A stretch of 64,000 nt of DNA from Eutreptiella sp. 'Long Island Sound 2002' (taxonomy: Eukaryota; Protista; Euglenida): the NCBI GenBank assembly GCA_964036045.1, contig OZ038379.1:29946001-30010000 (forward strand), read 5' to 3'. The translations under genes and the position numbers were made by a program. Below the pieces are notes generated by a model that was not told the DNA's origin, made no database searches, and saw nothing but the letters and a program-made list of their open reading frames with translations. This document shows, piece by piece, positions 36,743 through 50,214 of this stretch (its first letter is position 1; each line of letters opens with the position of its first letter).

Positions 36743-39700
36743 GTGAGCAGTGCTTTGAAGAAGACCATGCCGCTGCCTGTGCACCGCTCTCTGTTGCGTG
36801 TCTGTTTGATTTGTCTGGATTTCTGGGTCGGGCACACCTCCCAACGGAACGAAGAGGAGTACTCCAACCAAGGGGCACCTTACGGGAATGAGCAACCCGT
36901 GAGGTTCGAACTGCGAAACATGTCGAAATGAATGGTTCGCAAGCTTGGGCATCCTGTGGGGCACCCTCTTCAGTGCGGGCTGTGGTGAGCAGGTCTCTTT
37001 GTGCTCAACCCCCCCCCCCCCCGGTAGGGGGTGTGGGCAGCTACAACCGCCATAACATTGGTGGGAAGGTAGAGTGGAGGCCTCCGTTGTTGCTAACCCC
37101 TTAGGCCACCGCGTCCCTGCCACTCTGAAAATCTACCAACAATGTGTAAAACACAAACCAAAAACGAGCGCGCGATGCGCGCGCGGTGCGTTTGTTTCTC
37201 CCATAAGCTGGACCCGAAGCGATCAATCTGACAATGTTCGGAAATGGGGATTTGGGGTGAAAAATGTAACTCGTGCGCAAAAATTGTCAGTTTGTGTAAT
37301 TTTTTTTGCGGTAAAGTCATGTAAAAATTTTTTGGCGGTACGTCGTGTCATAAAGATAAAATAGGATCGGACCACTGAAAAAAAAATCGTACCGTCATGT
37401 TTTTTTTGGGGGGGGGGGGTTAAAGACAAGTACAAAAAAATCGTACCGTCGTGTACTTTTTTTTTGGCGTTAAATGTGTGTACCCAGTTTTCTTTTATTG
37501 GTACTCGCATATACCGCCAAAAAAAAAAATGCACAACGGTACGATTTTTTTACTCGCATTTCCCGAGAGAAAAAAAACTACACGGTTTACTACATACACT
37601 GATTTGGGTTTAGCATGGTGCACAGGCGGTAGTGAGGATGAGCCCCGCCATCGAGGCAAAGGCCAAGTCCTAGCGGTACGATGATTACCCATAGAGAGTG
37701 AGAGGACAGGGGATAGTCTAATGCAGTCGACGATGCCGGCAACAACACGCAACGGAGACACGAGAACAAACTCGGGAACTGCAAGGCAGAAGATCCATCT
37801 ACTGCAATATGCCCCACCTTGAACATTTTTCAGCGTCCTGTTGACATATTGGTTGGTGTCGAGCATTGCCAGATTTCCCGGCACTGGAAAAGCCAAGCCA
37901 CCACGCGGATATGACCCCAGACACACATTGCGTTACAGAGACGGCTGAATGCCCCCCCTTTGAGGGATGCCATTGGTTTGCGTCGTAAGTGCATCGCGCT
38001 GCTTGGGCTCTTAACGCGTCAAGTGCATCCCTTGAGGCTCTTGGGTGCCGGATGGCAACGTCGGTGACCCCCGAGTGGCCTCAGGTGGTCGATTAGTAGT
38101 CGCATTGCATTTTCAAGAGACCTGTTGGCCTTTTGGCTGAGGAAACGGTGGCAGTCCACCTCATCCGGCGGCTCAAAACGGGTGTGTAAAGGGTCTGGAG
38201 GCAGTGCACTTCCATCAACTCCCTCCGAAATGCTGCGTGTCATTTTTGAAGCGCATTCGCCCCATTTGGAACGAAGCGGGAAGTGTGGGGCCTCCTGTGC
38301 CAGGGCATGGCCCGTCGCCTTGGACAACTAGACCACGAACAATGGAGCGGTTCTGCGGAGCAGGTGGAGTCCTCCGTGGAAGGTCTTTGGGGAGGCACTG
38401 CCACTTTCCGGCCATCAGAACCGGGGCATTGGAGGCAAAGTGAACGCAGCAAAGAATGGCAACAGAACACCCCCAGAAGGCCTGTTGCAAACAACTGCAA
38501 ATCTGCAAACGGCTGCAAAACAACCGCAGACCCCACCCCCCGGGTCACTACGGGTCCTCAGACCAGCATGTCCACAGGCTCCGGGGCCAACGGCCAACGG
38601 CCAGTGTCCTGCCCCACGGACTACTACGCCTTGCCCCTCAAGTCCCGGCGAGTGTAGAGTAATGCGGGTGGGACTCCTGCCATTGGCGGTGCCCTTGGGG
38701 ACACTCTTGCCCTGATACACGGCAGCCGTCCGTACGTCGGACATCAGGGGCAATGTGCCGCCATGCCTCAGGAGTGCCCCAGCCGTCCTCCCTCCGCCAG
38801 CGCGTTCGCACTCCCATTGCCCACTGCCATCCCCATTTGCACTCCCACTCCCATCACCCAAGGGAGAGCGCTGACCCGCGCCTGCGCCTGCCGTGCTAAG
38901 CCACCCCCACCCACCCCCCTTGCGCTTGGGTGGAAAAACGCCATCCACTTAGAGGCAACCTGGGGGGCAGCTCACCGCCGCCGCACCCTTGGGAGGCAGA
39001 CCGGTAGCAATGCACATTGCAACGATGGACCGGGCAGGGCCGTGGGGTCACAAACATATTTCGCATGCGACGCGTGTGAAACGACAAGAACCATGTGAAG
39101 AAGGAGCGGCCGCAGAAGGAGAATGATGGCAATAACGAGAAAGGCCGCCCACAAGGACGGTGGGTGTTTCACAATTCAACCTGCAAATCCTGGACTGAGG
39201 ACCTTTGCACATCCTTTTTAAGCCGCTAGAAGGGACGAACTGCCAATGCCATCGCCGTTTGTTCACCCAAAACTTCAATGAGTTCGCAGCAATGCAATGC
39301 AATTGCCACTCGACCACCTGAGGCCGCCAGGGGTCACCCATATTGCCATCCTCGATTGGTCGCCAAGGATGCATGCAATTACTCCTACCACCTGAAGGAA
39401 ACCGCACACTTCCATCAACTCCCCCCGGAATGCTGAATCTCATTTTGAAGCCCGTTTGGCACATTTGAAAGCAAGGCAGGGTTTTAGCGATTTTTACCGG
39501 TGTTATGCAGCTGCACCATTTCAAATACCCAAGTTCCCAGGCCCCATTTTCTGCATCCCTCAAATGCGCAAATTCCCAGCTGCCTCCCTGAGAACCCCGA
39601 GAAAAGCTATTCTCAGGTCTGTGGGTCATGCGGAATCAGGGTCTAATGACTTTCATATCTGCGGACCACGAACTCCATACATTTTATAGGTGGTTGCGGT

Positions 39701-40110
39701 GCCCACACAGCGAATCTCCAGGGCCCCGATGCCAGTTGACAGAAACGGCCCAATGCAGGGGATTACGAGTTCACCGATTGAACAGTGTGCGATACGCTAA
39801 ACAAGTATTGCGAGCACCATAGTAGCTCGCTGATGATGATGGAGAGGTCCAAGATCAAACGTGAAAAAATAATCCGAAATGGTCTGCTTTCTTTTTCTCT
39901 GATTCAACGGAGGATTGTAAGATAGCTTGCTGTTCAAAGTGTACACAGGACAGGTTGTCCCATGCAGAAGCTGACATGTACAAATAGATGTGCGGTGTCA
40001 TACATTGCGCCTACGTTGGACCGCAGGTGAATACAGGGGCATTTGCTCAATTGTCTGGTTGGTGTATCTTTTTGGGACTCTCTCCGCACAGCAACAGGTT
40101 TCCCTGCTAC

Positions 40111-40410
40111 AGACACGATCAGACAAGAAATGCTACAACTATTGCTTGGAGCCTTGCACTAGACGAGGCTGTAGCCGCAACTGAAGGAAGGAGGGATGGG
40201 TCTACAAGGTTTAGATTGCTCATTCCCCGCTGCACCCAGTTTCAGGACCCAGGTTTGGATTGTTTGTGTCTGTCCCCAGTCGTGCACGTCTTCTGTGATT
40301 CTAACATTGCAGATGATGTCGTACTCGCAGCTGAAGAAGATGAAGAGGTGCTCGTGCCCAAGCATTTGCTGGAGGATGCCAGTGCGCAGCTTTTGCTTCC
40401 TTTGGCTCAG
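40111..40410 (+). CDS. Two probable exons (about 40111-40208 and 40311-40410) of an unidentified host gene
   Basis: tacag|HDQTRNATTIAWSLALDEAVAATEGRRDGST|gtttag and ttgcag|DDVVLAAEEDEEVLVPKHLLEDASAQLLLPLAQ|gtgagg. Confidence 0.5.
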
Positions 40411-41177
40411 GTGAGGCAGCTTCAAGTCTGTCGGTGCAAAGGGAATTGGGGATCTGATGGGGACACAAATCCTCAGAAGAAACAGAGATTGAAGTGAGAG
40501 GCAGTTCATCAGACCTACACTCGTTGGAGCAGCAGTACGTTCATGGCTTTGGGTTTCAGTTGGGATGGTGTCCTTTGGTGCATCGTCAAGCGGGGAAGCA
40601 AGGACCTTCTGTAGTGGGGGGATCGGTTGCCTGGCAGAGCTGAACGGGGTGGAGTGAGCGGGCACACATAGATGTTGGGTCACGTTGCAGGTCTGTAGAC
40701 AAGGATGTGCACACAGGCCACGCTCCACACGTCCTACTGTGCCCGACCACAGCTCTGTGACGGCTGCTGTGTGGGGCCGCAAAGAGATGAAAGGCACCGC
40801 AGCATAGACGGCACCCACTGGCGATGGCAGAACAATGGTTGGACACCAACATGGCTGATGGCGCACCCAGGCGCCTGTGGGGTGGACTGTGGAGGTCGGA
40901 GGAGCAGAGGCACCAACCTCCTCTCCGGAGCTGGACGCGAGGGCTCCTGGTCAAGGGGCCCCATCTAGGGGCCCACCAATGGGTAACTCTACCCTCAGCT
41001 GACCACTCGTTGGGGTCCCCCTGCACACCCCTCTGTCAGGGCTCGCATTGAGCTCTCATACCACTTTGATGGGCTCGGGGGGTTGGGCATGCGTAGCCCC
41101 CTCTGCCCACGAGACCGTTTGTGCACCTTGACTCCCATGCAGTAGGTAAGTGGAGCGTGCACACTTGTGGTGTGCAG

Positions 41178-42091
41178 GGATGGATATAATTTTGGCGCCA
41201 CTTGGGGGGTCCGGGTCCGGGGGGTGGGGGGCTCATTTTTTGTGACTGGTCACAAAAAACATAAAGGGCCATAGTGGGAAAGTGCAAACCCGAAAAATAT
41301 CATGACCAAATAAGGTGTCTACGGTGGAATGTCGTGTGTGCCTGTGTGTGCCTGCTGGTACGGCAAATTTACTCTGACTGCTGGTTTATTGTGACTGCTG
41401 GTAGTTGTACACTGTTTCTGTCTGCCGTTGTTTCAGGCCCTTTCCTTCCTTTTTGTCACAATGGGCCGCAAGAAAATTCCTTGCACATGTGACCCAACCT
41501 GCAAGAGTGATGCTGCATGCAGGCAGAAGCGTAGCAAAGCGAAGTCGTGGGGTGCCACACCGCGCAGGAGGAGGCGCACTTCACAGAATGTGCGCAAGCC
41601 ACGCAAGGATACGGGTGGGCGGAGGAAGGACAGCAACACACTGCCTGCATCAGGTGAATGTAATGATAATCTGGCGGACATGTCAGATGGGGCAAGTTCC
41701 TTGTCCTCCTTTGCATCTATTACAACAGGTTCATCAAGTGGCAGTGGCAGCGATAGTGTCAGTGATAATGAGACGTCAAGTAGTCGTAGCTGCAGCGAGC
41801 AAGACAATTTTGTGACGGGAGTGACGACAGTGAATGACATTGAATGACCCCGAATGACATTCGTAATGGTCCATACACAGCACACTGTGCGTGTCAAATG
41901 TGCTGTGTATCCCATGTTGCACCAGCCCCCCCCCCCCCCACTCCCATGCACATGTACGGGCAGAGGGCTGCCCAAAACGGCCAGACGTGGGTCACGTTTA
42001 TTGTGACCAAATATCGTGACCTTTTTTGTGACCAAGGGGGGGGGCTGGGGGGGAGTCCGGGCCGGACCCACCCCCCGTGTTATATCCATCC
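41178..42091 (+). mobile_element. 914-bp TIR element carrying one small ORF
   Basis: TIRs GGATGGATATAA / TTATATCCATCC, GGGTCCGG subterminal matches, and a palindrome TTTTTTGTGAC-tg-GTCACAAAAAA. No clean TSD. Confidence 0.55.
41461..41847 (+). CDS. 128-aa ORF with an N-terminal CxCxxxC...C motif, a basic region and a Ser/Asp-rich tail
   Basis: MGRKKIPCTCDPTCKSDAACRQKR...SSGSGSDSVSDNE...NDIE*, preceded by a pyrimidine tract. Confidence 0.4.
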   Translation: MGRKKIPCTCDPTCKSDAACRQKRSKAKSWGATPRRRRRTSQNVRKPRKDTGGRRKDSNTLPASGECNDNLADMSDGASSLSSFASITTGSSSGSGSDSVSDNETSSSRSCSEQDNFVTGVTTVNDIE

Positions 42092-45059
42092 ATGGTGGTG
42101 TGGGGTGACGGCACTCTGATTGCGAGCCCCCAATCGTCGCTATCGGTGGATGTTGTAGATGCCCGGTTTCATTGCGATCAGACATTGCAGTGCCGTGGTG
42201 GATTCGTTGCCGATCTCATTTTTTTTCCAGGATTGTCTGTCCACTGTTCATGGGGTGCTGTGCTGAAACATGACACTTTTGATGTCGTGCTGACCTGTGG
42301 AAATGGGGACTGCCGCTCCAAGAGCTAGGATGAGGCATGGAATGCGTGCAACCCAATGCTCCACATGTAAACTGCCGTCAACGACAATAACAGACCACAA
42401 TCTGCACCCGGACAGGGTGGGGGCACCGAAAGACAAGAATTGCAAGAATGCCTTTATGTGCCCAAGAGGGTGGCTTTCGCCAGCCTCTGCATGCATATAT
42501 TTGAAGCCATCGCATTGATCTGCCCCCCAAGAGCTTATAGCCTCCTAACTGTTAGATAGCCACCATGTTGGTGGTAGGGATGTGTTGCGGCTGAGTTTCC
42601 AGAGGATTGTGCCTACGAGCCCCTGCGATCCCAGTCCTGATTGTTGCACATGTTGGGTTGATGGTATTCCCGTGGCCTTTCAGTCATGCTACAGCATCTG
42701 GGCAAGGTGGTGAGTTCCCGTGCTGCTTGGGCCAGCCTTGCTGTCCCATGAATGTTTCTTCATTTCTAGAATGCTGGCTCCGCAATGGCAGTGGTAATGC
42801 TCAGGCTGCTGCTGTTGCTGTTACGAAAGGCTACTGTTGGTAAAAGAATACGCGCTTCTCCTCAGCAGCAGTACAGCAAAGTACTTGAGAGGTGCACAAA
42901 GGCAAGATGGGACTCACCTCAATGCACACACCAACAATACCGGTTGTATTATGCTCAAGGGGAAATTTTCCCTTACAGATAGTGCAACTGATTGAAGGAA
43001 GCCCATGCTCAACCTCTGCAATCCCATGCTTGGATTATTTTTGAAAAGACCCACAGGCATACCCCGGGGGTTATTTGAGTCGCTAGGAGGCTGGAGCTAT
43101 TTTTCCTGTCCCGGGGTGCAGGTCTGTTATACCCCCAGAAAACCCTGTCAACCCAAGGGTTCCTTTTTTCCCCTCTTGTGAGTTGTAGCCTATTTACAAG
43201 CAGGGGCTACCACTAGCTTCCCAAAACGACCCGTTTCTAAAGCATTTTGGGATTTTTGGAGGGCCACCACAGGCCACTACAGGGTTCATTCAAATGGGCT
43301 AAAAACCATTTGTTTTGGCATCTCATGTGGTCTAGAATCATCTTTTATTTCCCCCAGTGGGCTCCTTTGACCTATTTTGGTACCCACCTGTTTGGGCTCA
43401 AGCTTGCAGCTTGCCCTAGAGCAGTGTGTGATTCCGAGGGGTGGAACGCACACAAAGTGTGGGGGTTTGCGGGTGTTGTAGGCGCCATTGGAATTGGGTT
43501 TTGAGCCAGCAAGCCTAAGATATGGCCTATTCTTCATTTGGGGCCGTCTGCGGTCAATCTGCGCCGATTCTGGGCCTTTGGGGGCTTTTTGGGGGTGTTT
43601 CTTGGACATATCATGGAGTTGGAGGGCACCAAAGGGCTCTTTGACACGAGGAAGTCAGGCAGCATGTCTTGTGCACTGACCGTTTTCTTCGTTTGGCCTT
43701 GGTTTAGATCACCCCTGAACAGAAACAAATAAGGTCAGGTCTCGGGGATTTTTTCAGACCCCAAACGTGAAACATTGAATAATATCCGCACCCAGTTGCA
43801 TTTGTGGGTGTGGGCAAAGAGGTACCGGAAGTTTTCTGGATTGCCTTACCTCAATATCTGAACAATTCATTTTGATTATTGCATGCACAATGCAAATTGC
43901 AATGCACACCTGCTCATTTAATTTTGATTTTGTTGTTTTGCCTGTTCTGCACCACATGTCTGTCTGCTTTTTTTTTTACGGCATTGGTGTAGTAATTTTT
44001 TTGAAAATGTTTCATGGCCCCTTGAAGAGGGACCTGCATTGCTACTGAGTGGGGAAAATGCACCGAGGGTGGACACAGCACGCACAGCACACCAAGAAAC
44101 CCACACAGCGCACCCCAAGTATATACTGCAGCCAACAACAGCAACCAATGAGGCACAGTTTTCCGGATTTTTTGTGAATACACTATGACCAATCAGAAGG
44201 GCAGCATACTATTCATAACAACAATGGAAAGTGCACACCACAAGATGGGACCAATTGAGGCATGACAGATGGCATTTGCACTGAGGATGGTGTCAGACAG
44301 CAACACTGTGTCATAAAAAATCACAGTTTCAACCATAGCAATCGATCGCACTTTTGCACAAACTAGACACGTTGAAGATGATAGTGCAATTATAACTAAA
44401 TGCTTGGTTTTGTCAAAAGGTTTGGCAACAAATTACACACGCAGTGTTGAAACGGCTTGGTTTGTATTCGTCCTACTGCTCCTTTTACACTATTGTTCCC
44501 ATTCCTGAGAACACATTCAAAAGGTTGCACTTCATGTATGTGCAGCACACAGCACAATCCCCACAGATGGGCTCTGCTCTTCTTTACCGGTTTCTCTCCT
44601 GTGTGCTTTATGTTTTTCCCACCATAAAAGCACATATATACATTTGGTTTGTATTTTTCTTTTGGACTCAATGGGGTTTAGACCAACATCCCCGAATTGC
44701 TCTTACTAAGTAAGCATTGCCGATGTAGTAGGATGCCTCCGGTCAAGCGCCAGCAGAAAATTATATTATACAAAATGCAAGCTGGCCAAATCCTGCAACT
44801 GCCTAATAGGATTCCCCTTTGCCTCCCCATGCTCTTAAAACCGGTGACAAAGCACTAAGATCTGCAAGATTTAGTGTATTGATTGTTGCCACAGAGCGAT
44901 TTCGTTGGTATCTATTAAAATTTTTACTTTGGTTACTTTATTTTGCAACGTTTGCAAACGATGAATCATCAGGCGCCATTGTTCTGGCAATGTTTCAATG
45001 ACCTGCCAAAGTTGCTGCAAGGTGGCACACGAAGGTAATGGAAAACGTTTCAAGAATGG

Positions 45060-46440
45060 TTGTGTGAAGTCGAACCAAAAGAAATATCACGTTGGCAAGA
45101 ATCGAAAGTCTATGCGGCACTCACGTTGCAAAAAACTTTGGTGCACCCAAAGGACGTTTGGATTTTGATACGCACAAGTGTGGCAATGCTTTCGGGCGAG
45201 GAGGTCGACCTGCCTAAAGTCGAAAAGGCGCGCGAAGATATGTTTAAAGCGCTCCAGGCGCTCTCTCCACTGAAGCCCACGTCACCAAAGACGACCTTTG
45301 CAAGGCGTCTGACTATGCTTGGCAGCAAAAACAAGCCAATTTGCCTAAGTTGTGGAAGACGTCAATGGACAACAAGGAGATACTACAGGTATCTTCCAAA
45401 GGAGCCACCATATTAAAAAAGGTTACGGCGTTTGACGCTATATCCAGGGTCCCCACAAACAACAAGCCGCACATACCGCAAGGAGACACAAAGAAAGCTG
45501 TTTGGTATAGGCAAGTACACGATGTCGTGAAAGTGTTGGCAACGGCGCGCCTCCAAGGGGACGCATTAGAGGTGTTAATCAGCTTAGAACTATACGCGCC
45601 GGATGCGCGCAAACTCCTTGACACTGCCTTCACAGTGCTTGCTTCGTTGTCGTATTCGATTGAGCTTTTAAGTAAGTTGTCAGTCAATCGCACGTTGGAG
45701 ACGCCGTCAAAGTCGGCGCCACTTCTTTTCGGCAAGGACGAGGTGCAGTTGTTGCAGCAACGTAGAGCGCTTATGAAGCACATGCCTCGCTCGTTTTCGC
45801 ATAGCAATCCGCCTTATCGCAAAGACTATAGAAAGGAGTATGGAGAAGGAAAAAAAAGAATGATATGCTTTCAATGATTGATTTTTGGTGCATGGGGGTT
45901 GCCCCCCGGCGAGCATAACACAAAAGCGGCCTAACCACGGGCAAGTGAGCGTTCATGGCGAGCCGAAGTTCATCGAAGGACAGCAGCCATATGTACAGTA
46001 ACTCAGGGGGTGTGACCCTGCTCCAAAATGCACCAAAGGCCTGGTTACTGTGGGCTGTGGCTTCGCCATTAGCCCTGTGGTTGGTGTTATGACGCAAGAC
46101 GAATCGGAAAAAAAAAAGGGACTCTATATATATTTATATATATATATATAGAAATCAGAAACAAACAAGTAACCCCGGCCATAGATCTTCTGGGGTATTA
46201 TAAAAGACCTCCAGTTAAGTGGAAACCACTGACTTCTCCAAACGTCAGGGGAAAGTTGGACAGAATCTGAGAATTATGGAGACGTCCTCTCACTTCCAAA
46301 ATCATCATCGAGTTACCACTCTATATGGGATTCCGTACTCCAAAGTCTCGGATGGTGTACGAAAAGGAGCAGGAAGAGAGCATCAAAAATGCGCTGACAC
46401 AAACGTGGTCCCATCTCGTCGATCTGTCAAACGGTGTCAA
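45060..46440 (+). pseudogene. DIRS-like retroelement remnant (gag-like ORF and start of RT-like sequence)
   Basis: Frameshifted helical ORF ending ...SAPLLFGKDEV...basic tail, then AISPVVGV and LTSKIIIELPL segments. CpG-rich coding composition. Confidence 0.35.
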
Positions 46441-46640
46441 GAAGTTAGGGGGGGTGGTGCAGATCGCAGGTGGTGAAGATGAGGAGGACGGGAAAGAAAG
46501 AAAAAAAGAAAAAAGAAAAAGAGGGGGGGAGAAACTCGTCACCCGGAGACCAAAGCGGGGCAGAAACCCCCCAGTCTCTTGCGGAGCTTAGTTTCTTTTC
46601 GCGATGGCTTTTTTAGGGTAACGTGTTCCTAAGTGGGTAG

Positions 46641-47620
46641 TTACGGTAAATTAAGTAGGTGGGCTTTGGTTTTTTTGTTTTTGCTGTGAACGTGTCTGTG
46701 TTTGTGGGGGTGTTTATTGGCGACTGTTGTGTTTGTCCTTTTTGGGTAGGTCAACAAGGTGGGGTTGTGAGACGAAGTGCTGTAGATAGAGTATTGGTTG
46801 TTCCATGGGTTGTCTGCGGAATCTGGTTGGAGTAAGTGTAGATCGTTAATTGGGTTTTGTCTGAGCCAGGTTTGTGTCTCTTGCAGTGCTGTTTTGAGTC
46901 GTTTTCTTCTGTATTTAAAGGCTGTTTTTAGGTTTTGTAGGTGTTGGAAGTAGGGAGTGTCGGGTGGGATTTCTCCTAGTGCATTACTGAGTGAGTTGGG
47001 AATGAGCGTGCGGATGTAGTTTCTTCTTTCTCCTTTTGTTGCATGTATCCACCAGTCGATGACTGTTTGTTTGAAGGGTTGTTGCCAGACCTCAAAAAAG
47101 AGGTCACGAACAGGTTTCGCTGTGCCGCATTCGGTCACCGTTGTTATGGGGTCGAGGGGGTGATGAGTGTGGCATTTGGGGCATTGATATGTGTTAAGTT
47201 TGTAATGGGGAAGAAAACCAGTGCAACAGTACAGTCCGTTTGTCCATGTAAAAGGTAGTCTGGAAAACCACGATGTGTGGGCGTAGAAGTCGGTGCTAGA
47301 AGGTAGGTGTATGTTGTTGTGTTTATGGTTTGGAAGTAGGTGTTTGACAGTTTTGCGTGTAATGCGTCCTGGTAGTGGTGTATGATTGTGGTATATGAAG
47401 TGAAAAGTGTCAGGGTTGTGGTGTTCTGGGTGTTGGTGGAGGTTGAGTGATACCCATTTAGAAATTTTGTCAGAGTGCTCATTGCCATCGAAGTCAGCGT
47501 GTCCTTTGATCCAGGTGAAAATTATGTGAAGGTGGGTGTTGTGAAGAAATTCCCAAATATAGTTGTACCAAAGAGCGAAGCAATTAGCGTTAGAAGCGAA
47601 GGGTTCAATGATTGATTTAT
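46641..47620 (-). mobile_element. 5'-truncated LINE 3' end (RNase H C-terminus plus Zn-finger-like region)
   Basis: FTWIKGHADFDGNEHSD and CPKCHTHHPLD. It aligns with the element at 53627-57172 (KHLLPxHKHxNIHxPSS, SWFxxLPFxW). Confidence 0.85.
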
Positions 47621-47989
47621 GTTGATGTGCCTCTACTTGTATGCTGATGCTTGCCTGCTGCTCTTGCTTTTGTGTATTTTGGAAACAAAAGAAAAGGCCC
47701 AATACACAGTCCGAGTAGGGGACAATTCAGGATCTTATACCCCAAACATGAAGCGCTATACATAAGAAAAACAGGAACAATCACCTATGTACAGCTGCTC
47801 AACTATATTCGGATAGATAGTTAAAAACACTTTGGAAAAGAACAGAAAACTGACCTCATGGGCAGCCTCTCTTAGGCAGGGTCACTCCGAGATGTGAACC
47901 CTTGGTTTTTGGTCCCTTATGCTGAGGTGGTATGGCTTTTGGCAATGACGTCACAGGCCATGTCATCAGGCATCTTCTTACTTAGATAG

Positions 47990-48070
47990 GCTGGCTGGGA
48001 ATTGAACCCGGTACCTTTCAAAAAGAGGTACCACACCCCCTAGGGTGCACACCACTAGGATAAGTAGTCA
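47990..48070 (-). other. tRNA-derived SINE-like head
   Basis: The reverse complement has TAGTGGT (A-box-like) and GGTTCAATTCC (B box), separated by a GGTACCT..AGGTACC hairpin. Confidence 0.3.
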
Positions 48071-50214
48071 TTCATGAAACATAGATAAAAAGGTATAGGC
48101 TTTGGGCCAGAGCAGTGCCTCAGTTTACTCAAGATCGTGTGATAAAATCAAAATAGTTGGAGAGTCACGGATCCTCACAAGATCCATTGATTAGTGCTTC
48201 GTTTTATAGGCCAAAATGCATCATCATGCATTGAGGGGGGGCCGATATTAAGATAAAAATGTGGTGTGCCTCAAGGCATCTTTAATGCCACCAAAGCTGA
48301 CCCCCAAGGCATTGAAATATACTTCCTCTAACTTCCCCCTTGTACAGTGGTGGCCACCACTGTCGCATTTTCAAAAAAAGGCAATTTTTCTTGGCCATTA
48401 CACGGAGCATTCCTGAATCTTTTTAAAGTTACCTCTAACCTCCAACACATTGAAACTGGACGCTCAAGCACTACCGTCGCCATTGTATGTGTTGCAAAAC
48501 ATTATCTCACAGTCCCCATTGCGCTTTGAAGCTTCTTACGGGCGACTGTGGCTTGGTAGGGGTAAAAAGGGCATTCTGGGTCATATGCTCATGCATCCCT
48601 GAGTCCAAGAAGCACTACGCAAAACTAGGCGCTCAATAAGGGCAAGCGTCGTTGTTGGGGTTCAACCTCAACCTACTGGATGTACCTGACCTATTGATTT
48701 AAGCGTTGGTTGCAGCTTGACTTTATTGCCCCATTATTTGGGGTCTTTGGATCTCATGAGTCTCCTTGAGGCTGCTGGCTCAGCCTGAACACAGCCTTCG
48801 GCCCAGCGGCGGCTCAAGGACATCTGTAGAGAAGGGCTGAAGAGGGTGCAGGCTTGATTCTTCGTCAACAATCGACGATTCACAGAAATCCGTCAAATGA
48901 CGGCGCAGAGTTCTTTTGAACGCACGTACCTGTTCACAATCCAATTGTGCATGCCATGCACATTTTTCTGTATTTTGTCTTCATCCGCAGAAGTTTTAGA
49001 ATTACAGATTCACATACTGAAATTGGCTGCGCGTCGGCGCGTTCCTTATCGAGTCAGCAGATTACCACCAAAAGTAATCGTTTAAGTCAGTATGTGAAGT
49101 CTTTAAAGGTATGTTGTAAATTGAGAAAATAAAGAGGAACTATCGTTCCTCACCCATGCTAACAGAAAGTTTTTAATGAATCAAAAATGAAAACATGTTC
49201 AGGTCTGCCTGCATACTGCATGAATGCCGTGCTCATCGTATGTTGGCCATAAGCTCCTTCGCTGTAGCAAAGCTCGCATTCAGATTAGAAGATGCAGGGT
49301 GAGGATCATTAGTGCATAGGACACGCACATTTAATAACAAATTGAGCACAACTAGGCTTTGTTGAATTGCTGTAGGCTTTGTGCTTGCTTGTTTCGCTTT
49401 CACGTGTGTGTGCTCTTTTTCAGTTTCAAGGTACACATCATGGCATGATGCATGGTGAGTAAGGTAGGTAAGCCCAAGAGGGCCACCTCTTGGTTGAGTT
49501 TCCGTGGACATGTCCCGTGCACCGCTGTGCACTCGTGTTTAATTGTAGGCAGGTGGTTTACCTGTGCATGTGCATGCATATCATGCATCAAAGGGCATAA
49601 GCCACGCGCTGTGCACACCGTATAACACTTGTTTAGGTTACTTGTGCTCCACCCCACATTTTATAAGAGAACAAATGGAGTCCTTAAGGTAGTGATGGGA
49701 ATGAGACTTTTTTTGCCCAAATGAAATGAGCGAGGTAGGTAGGTAGCTGCACTCGGTCGTGGAGAGGCGCCCCATGGTTCCCGCTGGCGTTGCCGCTATG
49801 ACGAACAGGAAGAGGCTCCGCGCTTGAAGAGGGGAGGCGACTTACATCCCGCTAGACCTGACTGGTGGGCCCCAACAAAGCGGCCCCGGACAACACCGGG
49901 AAGAGTGATTGCCGCCAGCGTGACTGCTTGTCATGCCGGGAAGGTGGGCCCCCGTGCTTGCGCACGTCCCCTCTTTTGGGCGGAACCCTAGGGGTTCACC
50001 GGACTTCCTGGCGTATCCCGTTCCCAAGGCATGCATGCATGTTCTTGGTACTAGGGTTCCGAGGTGCTTGGGTGTCGCACGCTCCGCCTCGAGTCCCAAA
50101 GCAGCGCAGGCCTTAGGATGCAGCCTTACCCCCAGGCTCCGGATCATGGCACGGGCTGCCTCAGTGCCCGGGCTATGGACACTGGGTTTCCTACTGTTGC
50201 GTGCCGCTTGCGTT

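Noticed and set aside
42100-44600. KDZ/CxC-type transposase remnant
   Set aside because: Only scattered, weak motif resemblances across broken frames, which is not enough to call.
48300-48900. Minus-strand transposase fragment (DSGGHH)
   Set aside because: A single short motif among many stops.
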